This document shows positions 12,588-21,835 of a stretch of 53,703 nt of DNA, one piece after another. Numbering within the stretch: the first letter of the stretch is position 1; every line of letters starts with the position of its first letter. The position numbers and the translations under genes were made by a program. The notes under the pieces are model-generated. The model ran no database searches. It worked only from the letters and a program-made list of their open reading frames with translations, and had not been told where the DNA came from. The stretch comes from a virus (taxonomy: Duplodnaviria > Heunggongvirae > Uroviricota > Caudoviricetes): the IMG/VR virus record IMGVR_UViG_2526164595_000015, positions 1 to 53,703 of that record; one strand, written 5' to 3'.

Positions 12588-13282
12588 TGCGAAAGTTTGT
12601 TAATGGAAAGGAAGCCGCCAAAGTTGCCGACGTTATTGCGAAACTTACAGCCGCTCAGGCATTTGCTGCATTTATCCTTCGTGATATCGGACGTCGGCTG
12701 ATCATATTCATCCGCGACCGCCGGACCGTGATAACCGCACTCGTCACCGCGATAGGTCCAGGTGCAGGTGTTGGCCAGCATGATACGTCCCGGAAAAACG
12801 GCACCGTCCGTTTCCGTCGGCGTGGACAGTACAAAAGAGGCACTCACCGCGCTCAGTTCGCTGCACTGCTCGATGCGCCAGCGGCTAATCACCTCCTGCT
12901 CCGGATCGGCGTCACTGTTTCCGTTGACGAAGTTCACCGCATCCAGAAAACGGGCGTAAACCTTACGCCGGACCACCGTTCCGCCGACCAGACTCTGCAG
13001 GTCTTCCGCCATCCCGGTGACCATGCCGTGCAGGTTAGAAACCGTCAGTGTCGGACGGGCAGCACTGCCCTTGCCATTCAGTTCAAATCCCGTCCCCTGA
13101 ATGGGGTATGCCTGATACTGCCGCCCCTGCCAGGTAACCGGCTCACCTTTTTCGTTCTGCTCATTACAGAAAAAATAACGTTCACCACCGACCTCTGTCA
13201 GAGCGATTTCCCAGAGCACCACCTGGGCTGACTGAGTGAGGCGTGTCGTCTCATGATGTGTTTCCTGTGGAATATCCTGCAT
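12584..13282 (-). CDS. L: minor tail protein L
   Basis: 232 aa, same length as lambda gpL, C-terminal Cys cluster. Confidence 0.9.
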   Translation of the reverse strand: MQDIPQETHHETTRLTQSAQVVLWEIALTEVGGERYFFCNEQNEKGEPVTWQGRQYQAYPIQGTGFELNGKGSAARPTLTVSNLHGMVTGMAEDLQSLVGGTVVRRKVYARFLDAVNFVNGNSDADPEQEVISRWRIEQCSELSAVSASFVLSTPTETDGAVFPGRIMLANTCTWTYRGDECGYHGPAVADEYDQPTSDITKDKCSKCLSGCKFRNNVGNFGGFLSINKLSQ

Positions 13283-13291
13283 CAGAGCCTC

Positions 13292-13621
13292 CTATGCCAC
13301 GACCTGTTCAAAATCTGCCGTTATGGTTATCCACAGCGCCCCCACGCTTGCCGACCATTTACGACAAACCACCCTGATCGGCTTCCAGTCATAAGGTGGC
13401 GTCCACTGAAATGCGCGGACGCCACCGTGCCGTTCCAGAAAGGCTTTTAAAGATGGGTGTTCACATTTACGAACACGTATCGTCACGCTGTAAATCGACA
13501 ACTGGTTATTCAGTCCCGCCGCACGACGCTGTTCATAACCATCGCCCAGCTTCACTTTCACCACTTTCGGCTCTGATACCACATTCATATCCGGGCGCAC
13601 TTTCCAGTGAAACGTCTCCAT
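13292..13621 (-). CDS. M: minor tail protein M
   Basis: 109 aa, lambda gpM size and position. Confidence 0.85.
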   Translation of the reverse strand: METFHWKVRPDMNVVSEPKVVKVKLGDGYEQRRAAGLNNQLSIYSVTIRVRKCEHPSLKAFLERHGGVRAFQWTPPYDWKPIRVVCRKWSASVGALWITITADFEQVVA

Positions 13622-16600
13622 TACCGATATGCTCCACTTAACCGACCACCATCACGGGCCTGCTGTTGCATAAAGTCCGCTGCCGCTTTTTTCCCGAGGT
13701 CATAAACCACCTTCAGGGCAGCCGGACCTATCTGCCCGTTCGTGCCATCGTTATTGATCTCGATGTTGTACTGCGGGGCAAACATCGCCATACCTGAACC
13801 ACCAATATCCGCCACAACCCCCAGCTTACCGTCAGCACCACGACGCAGTGGCAGAATGGCTTCAGGTCCCGCTTCCCCCATCACACCCGCGCCTTTTGCA
13901 AAAGCAAAAAACGTCGGACGGTTAACCACCGTGCCACTGTAACGACTCAAATCAGCAGACTGATAAATCCCCCCATTGGCATTCAGGGAAAGGCTGCTGA
14001 GATCAAATCTCAGTACACTGCCAATCCCTTTTATCGATTTCATCATGGTTGCCTGCGCCAGGATTTTCGCCATATCTGACAGCACAGAAGAGGTGAAGGA
14101 TTTGAAATTGAGTTTGCCGGTAGTGACAAAAGTTGCCAGGCCATTTCCCATGTTGCTGAAGGCTGACGAGAACACCTGTTCTGCTGTTCCTGCCGTATTA
14201 TCTGCATCCACGGTAAAATCCTGAAATGCACGCAGGACTCCGTTTTTCCAGTTACCCTGCACAACTTCAAGCTGTTGCCAGTAACGGCGATTCTCATTCA
14301 GTTGTCGGTTCAGGCTCTCCGTCAGCGCCTGCTCGGCCTTTCTGTAGTCATCCGTGTTATATGTTCCTTTCTGCTCACTATCCCGCCTCAACTGCTCCAG
14401 CTGTTGCTGGTATTTCTGGCGAAGACTCAGTTGTACCTGATATCGCTGCCGCTGCTGATCACCCATACCCACCGTGGCGATATCCAGGTCATGTTGCTGA
14501 CGCTGAGCAAGCTCTTCTTCAGCCAGTTGACTGGTCAGCTGAATTGTTTTTTTCTTCAGCTCGTTGAGTGCCGTCTGTTTCTGAAGCTCCTGCTGTTTTA
14601 CATCCAGCAGCGTCAGTGCCTGAATCAGTTCATCTTTACGGGCCAGCACACTCTTTTCATCTGCCGTCAGTTTTTTCCCGTCCAGGTCGCTGATGCGCTG
14701 CTGCAGAGCCAGAAGCTGTTTATGCGCTTCTGTCATCCTTTCCGTGGCAATGCCTGCTGACTGTCTGGCAGCAGCAATCTGTCCTTCCACCTGTGCCTGT
14801 TGCTGACTGTACTGCAGCAATAACCGGGTGGCCTCATCATTACGGGGGTCGCGTGTTTTTTTCTTACCGGATGCCAGGGCTTTCTCGTAACGTTCATTTT
14901 CACGTTGTATCGCCGCATCCCTGACAGCCTGATCGGCGTACTGCATGGAATTAATACGCGCAATTTCACGCTGATGTCGTGCTGCTTCCGTTTCATTCAT
15001 CCGGTTCAGTGCAGCATTTTCAGCATTACGGCGTTTCTGTTGCTCCTGATAATTCCGCTCTGCCTGCTCTTTTGCATCCTGCAAATCCTTCTGGCGTTTT
15101 TTCTCCTGAAGCTCGTTAAGACGCTGCTGATCGTACTCAACCTGAGAAGATGATGCCGTCCAGGGGAGTCTTTTCGCCCGCGACACTTTCTCCTGTAAAG
15201 CGGAAATCTGTTCATCCAGCGAGTCTTCACGACCAATATTCATGGCCGCATCCCAGAAACGACTCCATAAATCAGACAGATACTTCAGCGTACTGCCCAG
15301 CGCATTGAGGTTATTATCAATATCCGCAGTACGCCGACCGGTTTCCTCTGCCAGTGCAGACATGGCTATCCGTGCCGCATCACTGGACCGCCCCTGTTCC
15401 CCAAGGACGCGTATCTGCTCAAGCTGAGTGGCAGTAAGAAAATGCAGCTCATTGTCCAGAGCCTTCGCGGCATTTACAGGATCATCCTTCAGCCGCTTAA
15501 ACTGATTTATGGTATCGCTGACCGACTGGCCAACCGATCGCTCCATCTGTGCGGCAGCTCTCGCCACCATACCGATATCGTTTCCACGAAATGCACCACT
15601 CCCCACCACCTGAGCCAGCGCACCGGCTGCAGCATGTTGCGTAATACCATTCCCGGAAATAGCACGACTGAGCGTCCACAGCTGCCCGGCAGTGACTCCG
15701 GCATAATGCCCCGTCAGCGACAACTGGCGGTTAAATTCTTCCCCCTCCTTCTGACCATCATACCAGGCTTTACCCAGACCATAGACGGCCGCGGCAATAC
15801 CGCCAATAACCCCGCCCAGCATCATGCCTTTCGGTGACATCAGTGTGTCTATCCATCCGGCACGGTTAGCCAGCGTTATCCCGGATCCCCTCAGCGCACC
15901 TAAATTGCCGCGAGCCAGTTCACCTATCAGAACGCCTATCTCCTGGCGGGCCGCTGCACTTTTCAGACCCAGCGAATGCGTGGCTTTTCCTGCCTGCTCC
16001 ATTTTGCGGATATACACTTCTGCAGCACTGCTTACCCCCAGCTGGGCAGCCTTAGCACGAAGCAACTCAGAAGAAGAAAGATTCTGGCGGGTTGCCTGCT
16101 CTTTAAGCTGACGGATAAACGCCACTTTCTGTCGGGTAGCCTCTGCCTCAGCCTGCGTAAGAACACCGGTTTTCGCCGTAACCTCAGAAATCAGCGCCAG
16201 ATAATCCTGCTGACCAATCCCGCCACTGTTTCTGGCCTGTCGGATCTGCTGCTGAATACGCTGTAATTCCTGCAGTCCCGCACTGGCCTGTTTCACACTG
16301 TCAATCTGACGATAAAACGCGGCAGCCGCTTTATCCTGAGCCTCCGCCAGAGCCATGGCCTGCGCCTGTTCCTCGCGCATTTTCTGGCTCAGTGCCTCCA
16401 TACGCTGGCGGGTTTGCTCCACCTCGCGGGCCATGCGTTCATGAGCCTGTGCGCTCTTCTCCACCGTCTGCGCATGGACGGATGCGGCTGTTGCAGCCGA
16501 AGAAGCCGCCTGCATTGTCTGCCGGGCGGCCTGAGTCTGACGCTCCATAAAACGCTGCATACGGGCAGAAGACCGTTCTGCATCGCTGGCTGCACCATTC

Positions 16601-16689
16601 AGAAGGTTTTTGATACGGGGAATTTCATTTTTAAACTCTGCCGCATCACTCCCCAAATCAATGACCAGGTTGGCTATCTGGTCCATAAC
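13621..16689 (-). CDS. H: tail tape-measure protein
   Basis: ~1020 aa, coiled-coil rich, Gly-rich C-terminal region; start taken at MDQIANLV with GGAGG 7 nt upstream (ORF track starts 9 codons earlier). Confidence 0.9.
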   Translation of the reverse strand, partial: VMDQIANLVIDLGSDAAEFKNEIPRIKNLLNGAASDAERSSARMQRFMERQTQAARQTMQAASSAATAASVHAQTVEKSAQAHERMAREVEQTRQRMEALSQKMREEQAQAMALAEAQDKAAAAFYRQIDSVKQASAGLQELQRIQQQIRQARNSGGIGQQDYLALISEVTAKTGVLTQAEAEATRQKVAFIRQLKEQATRQNLSSSELLRAKAAQLGVSSAAEVYIRKMEQAGKATHSLGLKSAAARQEIGVLIGELARGNLGALRGSGITLANRAGWIDTLMSPKGMMLGGVIGGIAAAVYGLGKAWYDGQKEGEEFNRQLSLTGHYAGVTAGQLWTLSRAISGNGITQHAAAGALAQVVGSGAFRGNDIGMVARAAAQMERSVGQSVSDTINQFKRLKDDPVNAAKALDNELHFLTATQLEQIRVLGEQGRSSDAARIAMSALAEETGRRTADIDNNLNALGSTLKYLSDLWSRFWDAAMNIGREDSLDEQISALQEKVSRAKRLPWTASSSQVEYDQQRLNELQEKKRQKDLQDAKEQAERNYQEQQKRRNAENAALNRMNETEAARHQREIARINSMQYADQAVRDAAIQRENERYEKALASGKKKTRDPRNDEATRLLLQYSQQQAQVEGQIAAARQSAGIATERMTEAHKQLLALQQRISDLDGKKLTADEKSVLARKDELIQALTLLDVKQQELQKQTALNELKKKTIQLTSQLAEEELAQRQQHDLDIATVGMGDQQRQRYQVQLSLRQKYQQQLEQLRRDSEQKGTYNTDDYRKAEQALTESLNRQLNENRRYWQQLEVVQGNWKNGVLRAFQDFTVDADNTAGTAEQVFSSAFSNMGNGLATFVTTGKLNFKSFTSSVLSDMAKILAQATMMKSIKGIGSVLRFDLSSLSLNANGGIYQSADLSRYSGTVVNRPTFFAFAKGAGVMGEAGPEAILPLRRGADGKLGVVADIGGSGMAMFAPQYNIEINNDGTNGQIGPAALKVVYDLGKKAAADFMQQQARDGGRLSGAYR

Positions 16690-16987
16690 GCACACCTCCG
16701 GAAATACCTTCCCCAAGATGCATCAGTTCTTCGTCCGTTCGCTCCGGTATCCCGTTCTCTTCCGGTAAAAGGCTGAAATCAGCCACCGCAGCATCACTGC
16801 TACCGGACACCATTCTCACGATCAATGCCTTCAGCGAGGCAAACTGCGCATCCATCCACACATCACTGAAGCTCTGCATCTGGAAATAATCGCCCCATTC
16901 ACCAAGCTCAGTGGCCGACATTTCCGACAGCATCCGCCGCCAGTCTGCCCGCCGGAACTCCCGGGCAAGCCGCATGACAAACTGCAT
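16658..16987 (-). CDS. T: gpT-like -1 frame extension of the tail assembly chaperone (putative G-T frameshift product)
   Basis: ORF in the -1 frame relative to G, overlapping the G 3' end; conserved G/T/H arrangement. Confidence 0.65.
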   Translation of the reverse strand: MQFVMRLAREFRRADWRRMLSEMSATELGEWGDYFQMQSFSDVWMDAQFASLKALIVRMVSGSSDAAVADFSLLPEENGIPERTDEELMHLGEGISGGVRYGPDSQPGH

Positions 16988-16995
16988 TTCCCGCG

Positions 16996-17382
16996 TCAGG
17001 ACTTTTCCGGCGTCAGCACCTCATGCTCCAAATCCCCGGCATTCTCAATGGCTCCCATACCGCTCAGCGACAGAACCATCTCCGCCCCCGCTCCCAGGGC
17101 ATCATACGACCATGTTGTAATAACGGATGCGCAAAGCGTCTCAACATCCTGAGACTGTTCCGCATTCCACAGTGAGCGGGAAACCAGCCAGGCATTGATA
17201 TCCATCCCCATCCGCAGAAAAGCAATCTGTCGTTCAGCCTCCGGCAGTTCTCCCTCTTCGGCATCAAACTTTGCCGTTCGCTGCTGAACAAACGCCAGAT
17301 ATTCAATTCTCTGCAGCCCGGACAGCTCACTGAGCACCACGGACTGCTTTTCATAATTAAACGAGCCCTGTTTCAGAAACAT
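16996..17382 (-). CDS. G: tail assembly chaperone G
   Basis: Lambda gpG position and size; start at MFLKQGSF with GGTGGAG SD. Confidence 0.8.
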   Translation of the reverse strand: MFLKQGSFNYEKQSVVLSELSGLQRIEYLAFVQQRTAKFDAEEGELPEAERQIAFLRMGMDINAWLVSRSLWNAEQSQDVETLCASVITTWSYDALGAGAEMVLSLSGMGAIENAGDLEHEVLTPEKS

Positions 17383-17397
17383 CATGTTCTCCACCTG

Positions 17398-17423
17398 CAA
17401 AAAAGCCCCGGATAACCGGGGCA
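17398..17423 (-). terminator. hairpin/terminator between V and G
   Basis: gccccgg-ttat-ccggggc stem followed by TTTTTT on the minus strand. Confidence 0.6.
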
Positions 17424-17442
17424 AATGATGAGTATCGTCCTG

Positions 17443-18186
17443 TTAACCTGCGGCGCTGACAGCCACCGCAGCCACGGCCACAAAATCGCCGTCAGAAGTC
17501 ATGCCCACAATGCTGACACTGCCCTGCTTCACGCCTTTCACCGTGGCCACAAGCCCGTTCAGGGTCACCGTGGCAGTCTGTGGATCTGTCGAATGCACAC
17601 TGATCGCTTTGTCACTGGCTCCGTCAGGTTTTACTGTAAAGGTCAGCGTGGTGGTTGCTCCCACTTTTACACTGGCAGATGCCGGTGCCACCGTCAGCCC
17701 GGTAACGCTCACTGTTTCAGTGCCTTCCTCTGCCAGATGCGGACGCCCCACACCGCTGATTTTCACTGTGCGGGTCATCACGTCTTTTGAGGCAATGGTT
17801 TTACCCAGTAAGCTCAGCCAGCCACGGAAAACATCAACAGTGCCGTTGGGATATTTGATACGAAACGCGCAGACTTCACCGGAGTCGAACAACTGAACCA
17901 GTTTTTTCTGCCCGCTGTCACCCGGACGCCAGGCCAGCGTCGCCGAAGTATCACCGACGGATTTCTGCCCCTGGGTTGTCGTTTTCCAGTCTGCATCTTC
18001 ATCATCGAGATAAGTGTCATCTTCTGCATCAGCGGTCATTTCGCCAGGTTGCAGATCCTTCACCATCGCAAGACGCAGCCAGTCAGTGTCCGATAAAGGG
18101 TTCGCAAACGCATCGCCCTTGCCGGTGTACATCCAGAACGTCGTTCCCGCACCTTTCGTTTTTGCCAGTGGATTTGGTGTGGTCAT
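17443..18186 (-). CDS. V: major tail protein V (with C-terminal Ig-like domain)
   Basis: gpV-like N-terminus (MTTPNPLAKTKGAGTTFW); GGAGG SD upstream of ATG at 18186. Confidence 0.9.
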   Translation of the reverse strand: MTTPNPLAKTKGAGTTFWMYTGKGDAFANPLSDTDWLRLAMVKDLQPGEMTADAEDDTYLDDEDADWKTTTQGQKSVGDTSATLAWRPGDSGQKKLVQLFDSGEVCAFRIKYPNGTVDVFRGWLSLLGKTIASKDVMTRTVKISGVGRPHLAEEGTETVSVTGLTVAPASASVKVGATTTLTFTVKPDGASDKAISVHSTDPQTATVTLNGLVATVKGVKQGSVSIVGMTSDGDFVAVAAVAVSAAG

Positions 18187-18197
18187 TGCCACCTCCT

Positions 18198-18599
18198 TTA
18201 ATTCGTGTACGTGATCTGGTACGTGATTTCCGCCATCGCCCAGGTGGCCATCTCATTATCACGTTGATAGTTAAAACCGAGAGGGATCAGGGTGTCGATG
18301 AGTCCGGAAAGTGCCGGTATATCATTCAGAGCCGGGAAAATGGTGCTCTCCATCCACATATCCAGCTCTGAATCCGGTGCCTGTGCCCGGATGAAGACAG
18401 CAATATGCAGAACAGCCTGCCAGTCATCTTCATCCGTCATTTTTCCGGTGTACTGAGCATCACTCAGCCACACCGCCACGGCAGGCAGTTCCTGCGCATC
18501 AATAAATGCCGGAAGCCCGTCAAAAAACGTGGCGCTGTCTCCACACTGTTCCCGAAGGCGTGCCAGTACGGCCTGGCGGATTTGTGTATGTCGGTTCAT
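18198..18599 (-). CDS. U: tail terminator protein U
   Basis: gpU-like (ATFFDG…PAVAVW…); start chosen at ATGA overlap with Z stop. Confidence 0.85.
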   Translation of the reverse strand: MNRHTQIRQAVLARLREQCGDSATFFDGLPAFIDAQELPAVAVWLSDAQYTGKMTDEDDWQAVLHIAVFIRAQAPDSELDMWMESTIFPALNDIPALSGLIDTLIPLGFNYQRDNEMATWAMAEITYQITYTN

Positions 18600-19174
18600 C
18601 GGGTCAGCCATAACCTCAGTTGTTGTTTCAGTGCATACCCCAGCTGTTTCGGCATTTCCGCAGCAATAATGCGGTCGCGGGCATCTTCAAATGCCTGTGT
18701 CAGCGGTCCGGACAGCGGGACTTTCACCACATCAATGGGGTAACGATTTTTGCCATCAATACGCCGCATCACATGCCAGCGACCATTCGCCAGTTGCTGA
18801 ATAAACGCATCCCGGAAAAGATATTTACCCACCTTCAGCACACTGCCACGGTACTGCAGTTTTCCACCACGCCGGGCCAGTCTGACCCGGGCTGTCCCCA
18901 GCTTAATAGCGGGCAGATTGCCCCGGTTAACGCGGATCCTGGCCGTCATTTTTCCTGACGGACTGGCTTTAAACACCCGGACACGCTGACGTACCAGTTT
19001 CAGGGGGATCCCTTTCACCTGGTTATCTCCCGCAACGGTATTCCCGGCAACCTGCCGGGTGGCGACCGAGACCGCTTTCTGTGCCACACGGTTTATCGCC
19101 CATGCGCTGGCCTGTGGCACCATACGGGTATCAAGGCTGTTCAGATTACGGATGGCATTCTCAAGCCCCTTCAT
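18596..19174 (-). CDS. Z: tail completion protein Z
   Basis: 192 aa, lambda gpZ position and size. Confidence 0.8.
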   Translation of the reverse strand: MKGLENAIRNLNSLDTRMVPQASAWAINRVAQKAVSVATRQVAGNTVAGDNQVKGIPLKLVRQRVRVFKASPSGKMTARIRVNRGNLPAIKLGTARVRLARRGGKLQYRGSVLKVGKYLFRDAFIQQLANGRWHVMRRIDGKNRYPIDVVKVPLSGPLTQAFEDARDRIIAAEMPKQLGYALKQQLRLWLTR

Positions 19175-19185
19175 CCCACACCTCT

Positions 19186-19461
19186 TTACTCAATAAAGAT
19201 CATTGGCTTACCGTTAAAACGTTCATGCCGTGTGACCGTCCATTGTTGTCCGTCATAAACAACGCGATCCCCGCGCCGTGGGCGGTATCCCGAAGAAAAC
19301 ACCACCAGAGATACCGCAGGTCCGGACAGAGCATTCAGCTCTGCCAGTGTTTCTCCCGGGATCACAGTCATATCGGCATCATTAATCGAGGCTGTCTTTC
19401 CCATCTTTCTGACCGTGATCGCATCCATACGCGCTGCCAGCCGGGAAAAGGGATCAGACAT
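19186..19461 (-). CDS. head-tail joining protein (FII-like position)
   Basis: 91-aa ORF between capsid module and Z; assigned by synteny only. Confidence 0.55.
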   Translation of the reverse strand: MSDPFSRLAARMDAITVRKMGKTASINDADMTVIPGETLAELNALSGPAVSLVVFSSGYRPRRGDRVVYDGQQWTVTRHERFNGKPMIFIE

Positions 19462-19777
19462 TGAGTTTTACCGGCACTTCTTCTGCACTGGTTCCGGCAT
19501 CTGCCCAGACAACCCCGACCAGCGGATCAGAGCCGCTGTTAGTCAGCTGAACTTTTCCGGACTTCAGATAAACCTTCTTACCCGTTTTCATGTCATCCGT
19601 TTTCAGCTTAGGCAGCATAAACACACCTTCGGTCATGCCGTCGCCTGTTTCACCCTGTGGAATATCGGTCAGCGCCACCGCAAAAACATCACCCACCTGC
19701 ACCAGATCTCCGCTGCTGATGGCTGCACTGGCAACAATCGCCACCGTTTTTCCTTCTTCTACAAAATTCTTTGCCAT
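19454..19777 (-). CDS. small head-associated protein (DUF2190-like; FI/decoration position)
   Basis: ~107 aa from MAKNFVEEGK; family name recalled from memory. Confidence 0.5.
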   Translation of the reverse strand: MAKNFVEEGKTVAIVASAAISSGDLVQVGDVFAVALTDIPQGETGDGMTEGVFMLPKLKTDDMKTGKKVYLKSGKVQLTNSGSDPLVGVVWADAGTSAEEVPVKLNV

Positions 19778-19820
19778 AACTGTCTCCGCACAGCCCCGTT
19801 CAGGGGCTGATTTCAGGTAC

Positions 19821-19840
19821 AAAAAAAGCCCTTACGGGCC
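19821..19840 (-). terminator. weak hairpin + T-run downstream of capsid gene
   Basis: gccc-ttac-gggc followed by a T-run on the minus strand; short stem. Confidence 0.35.
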
Positions 19841-19863
19841 ATCAGAGTTGTTGTCTGCGACGT

Positions 19864-21822
19864 TTACGCCGTACATTTCACCAGACCGCGGTGATCAACT
19901 GGCGCGACACCGGCGTCAATACGCACTTTCGTTGTCACGCCATCCACACTGAAGCCCTCCATCTGATCAATATATGGCGTATCCACACCGTTGAGATAAG
20001 CCACTTCAATCGTATCGGAGCCTTTTGACGCAGCCAGGTAGAAGGTGGTCTGGCTGTTATCATCAAGACGAGGCTCTGCAATAACGGTCGCAAAATCTTT
20101 CACCGGGTTAATAATACCGGCGTTAATGTCAGCCCCCTTGACACTTGAGGAGCGAATGACCTGGTTAGCAACAGACTCCATCGCCGTCGGTACCAGTACG
20201 AACGCAGGACGAATATTCAAATGACGCTCCCCCTCTTTCTGAACGCGCATCAACTGGCGGGCTTTATCCAGCGATGCCACGTCCATTGCAGCGCTCTCCA
20301 GTACGTTTGCATGTTTCGCTTTATCGAACAGACTTACATTATCTGTGGAGATTTTCGGGTTAGACGTCAGAATGGCATAAACCAGATCGGCAATAGTGGA
20401 TTTCGCCGCACGGCCCAGCTTCATCGGGACATCGGTCAGCATATTCAGATCATCATTGATAATGGCCTGACGGGTGATACTGAACAGCTCGCCATAGGTC
20501 GCCAGTGCAATAGTGGCCTGTTTATCTCCGGTGGTGACGTATTTATATTCCGCCCCTTCACGCACCTGACGCAGAGCACTGAAGCCCCCCATACCCACAC
20601 GATGGGCAATTTTAAAATCAGACAACTGACCTTTCCGCGTCCACTGTTCATAGGTTTCAGGGGCATCTTCCCAGCCCTGCAGAATGGCTTTGTTCGCAAC
20701 ATCCAGCAGAATATTACCGAAGTCAGACGTACTGTGTGTGAACGCCGCACCGACCATCTGCATCGGGTTATAACTGGAAACCCCAATACCCCGTTCAGTC
20801 AGTGACATACGGGCATATTCACGCAGGGTCATCCCGTTGTAGACATTATCACGTTCGGTTTTTTCAAATCCGGCACGCGCCATCAGCGCCTGGCGGATCC
20901 CGTCCCCCACAAAATTACCGTTACCGGCATAAATATGAGCCGGGGTATTTTTATTGGATGGCGTGGACTCGCGCCCCATCTCGTTCAACAGCTTTTCGCG
21001 GGCCTGCTCCAGCGAACATTCAGGATCGGCAAGACACTGAGCCTGCAGCGTCTGATAACGCCCGCCAAACATGGCAAACAGATCATTAATACCGTTTACA
21101 CGCGCTTTTTGCTCTGCCAGTACCTGCGCACGGATGCTGTTTTCATCCACCACGGGTGCTGCTGCCTGCACTGGCGTCCGGGAGGCTTCAGGTTCATTAT
21201 CCTGTACGCGTGGAGCACTGTTGCGTGGCGGAGTAATCATGTTTCGAATGGATTCCGGCATCTTTTTAAATTCCTCTGTACGTTTTGACTGAATACATGC
21301 CATTGCCTTAACGGCTGGCGTTACCTGATCAGCAAATCCATGTGCCAGACATTCGGCACCGGACATCCAGGTCTCATCCGCCAGCATGGCAGCAATTTCA
21401 TCGGTGGTTTTCCCGGTTTTCTGTGCATAAGCGGGTAACAGAACCGCCTCAACTTTATCGAGCAGGTCGGCATAGGTGCGCATGTCCTCCGCATCACCGC
21501 CCGTAAAGCCAAATGGTTTATGAATCATCATGAAGGTGTTTTCCGGCATAATGACCGGGTTTCCCACCATCGCAATGACCGACGCCATTGACGCCGCCAC
21601 ACCGTCGACATAAACGGTAATGGACGCACCATGTGTTTTCAGTGCATTAAAAATGGCGATGCCTTCAAAGACATCGCCACCCGGTGAATTAATATGGAGA
21701 TTAATATGGGTGATATCGCCCAGTGCATTCAGATCACTGATAAACTGCTTCGCTGTAACACCCCAGAAACCAATCTCGTCATAAATATAAATATCCGCGT
21801 CACTCTGGTGACCAGCCTGCAT
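19864..21822 (-). CDS. fused ClpP-like prohead protease / scaffold linker / HK97-fold major capsid protein
   Basis: ~650 aa; N-terminal ClpP-like region (HINSPGGDVFEG…), C-terminal capsid region; start taken at MQAGHQSD just after the portal stop. Confidence 0.8.
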   Translation of the reverse strand: MQAGHQSDADIYIYDEIGFWGVTAKQFISDLNALGDITHINLHINSPGGDVFEGIAIFNALKTHGASITVYVDGVAASMASVIAMVGNPVIMPENTFMMIHKPFGFTGGDAEDMRTYADLLDKVEAVLLPAYAQKTGKTTDEIAAMLADETWMSGAECLAHGFADQVTPAVKAMACIQSKRTEEFKKMPESIRNMITPPRNSAPRVQDNEPEASRTPVQAAAPVVDENSIRAQVLAEQKARVNGINDLFAMFGGRYQTLQAQCLADPECSLEQAREKLLNEMGRESTPSNKNTPAHIYAGNGNFVGDGIRQALMARAGFEKTERDNVYNGMTLREYARMSLTERGIGVSSYNPMQMVGAAFTHSTSDFGNILLDVANKAILQGWEDAPETYEQWTRKGQLSDFKIAHRVGMGGFSALRQVREGAEYKYVTTGDKQATIALATYGELFSITRQAIINDDLNMLTDVPMKLGRAAKSTIADLVYAILTSNPKISTDNVSLFDKAKHANVLESAAMDVASLDKARQLMRVQKEGERHLNIRPAFVLVPTAMESVANQVIRSSSVKGADINAGIINPVKDFATVIAEPRLDDNSQTTFYLAASKGSDTIEVAYLNGVDTPYIDQMEGFSVDGVTTKVRIDAGVAPVDHRGLVKCTA

Positions 21823-21835
21823 CCTGAACCAGGAA

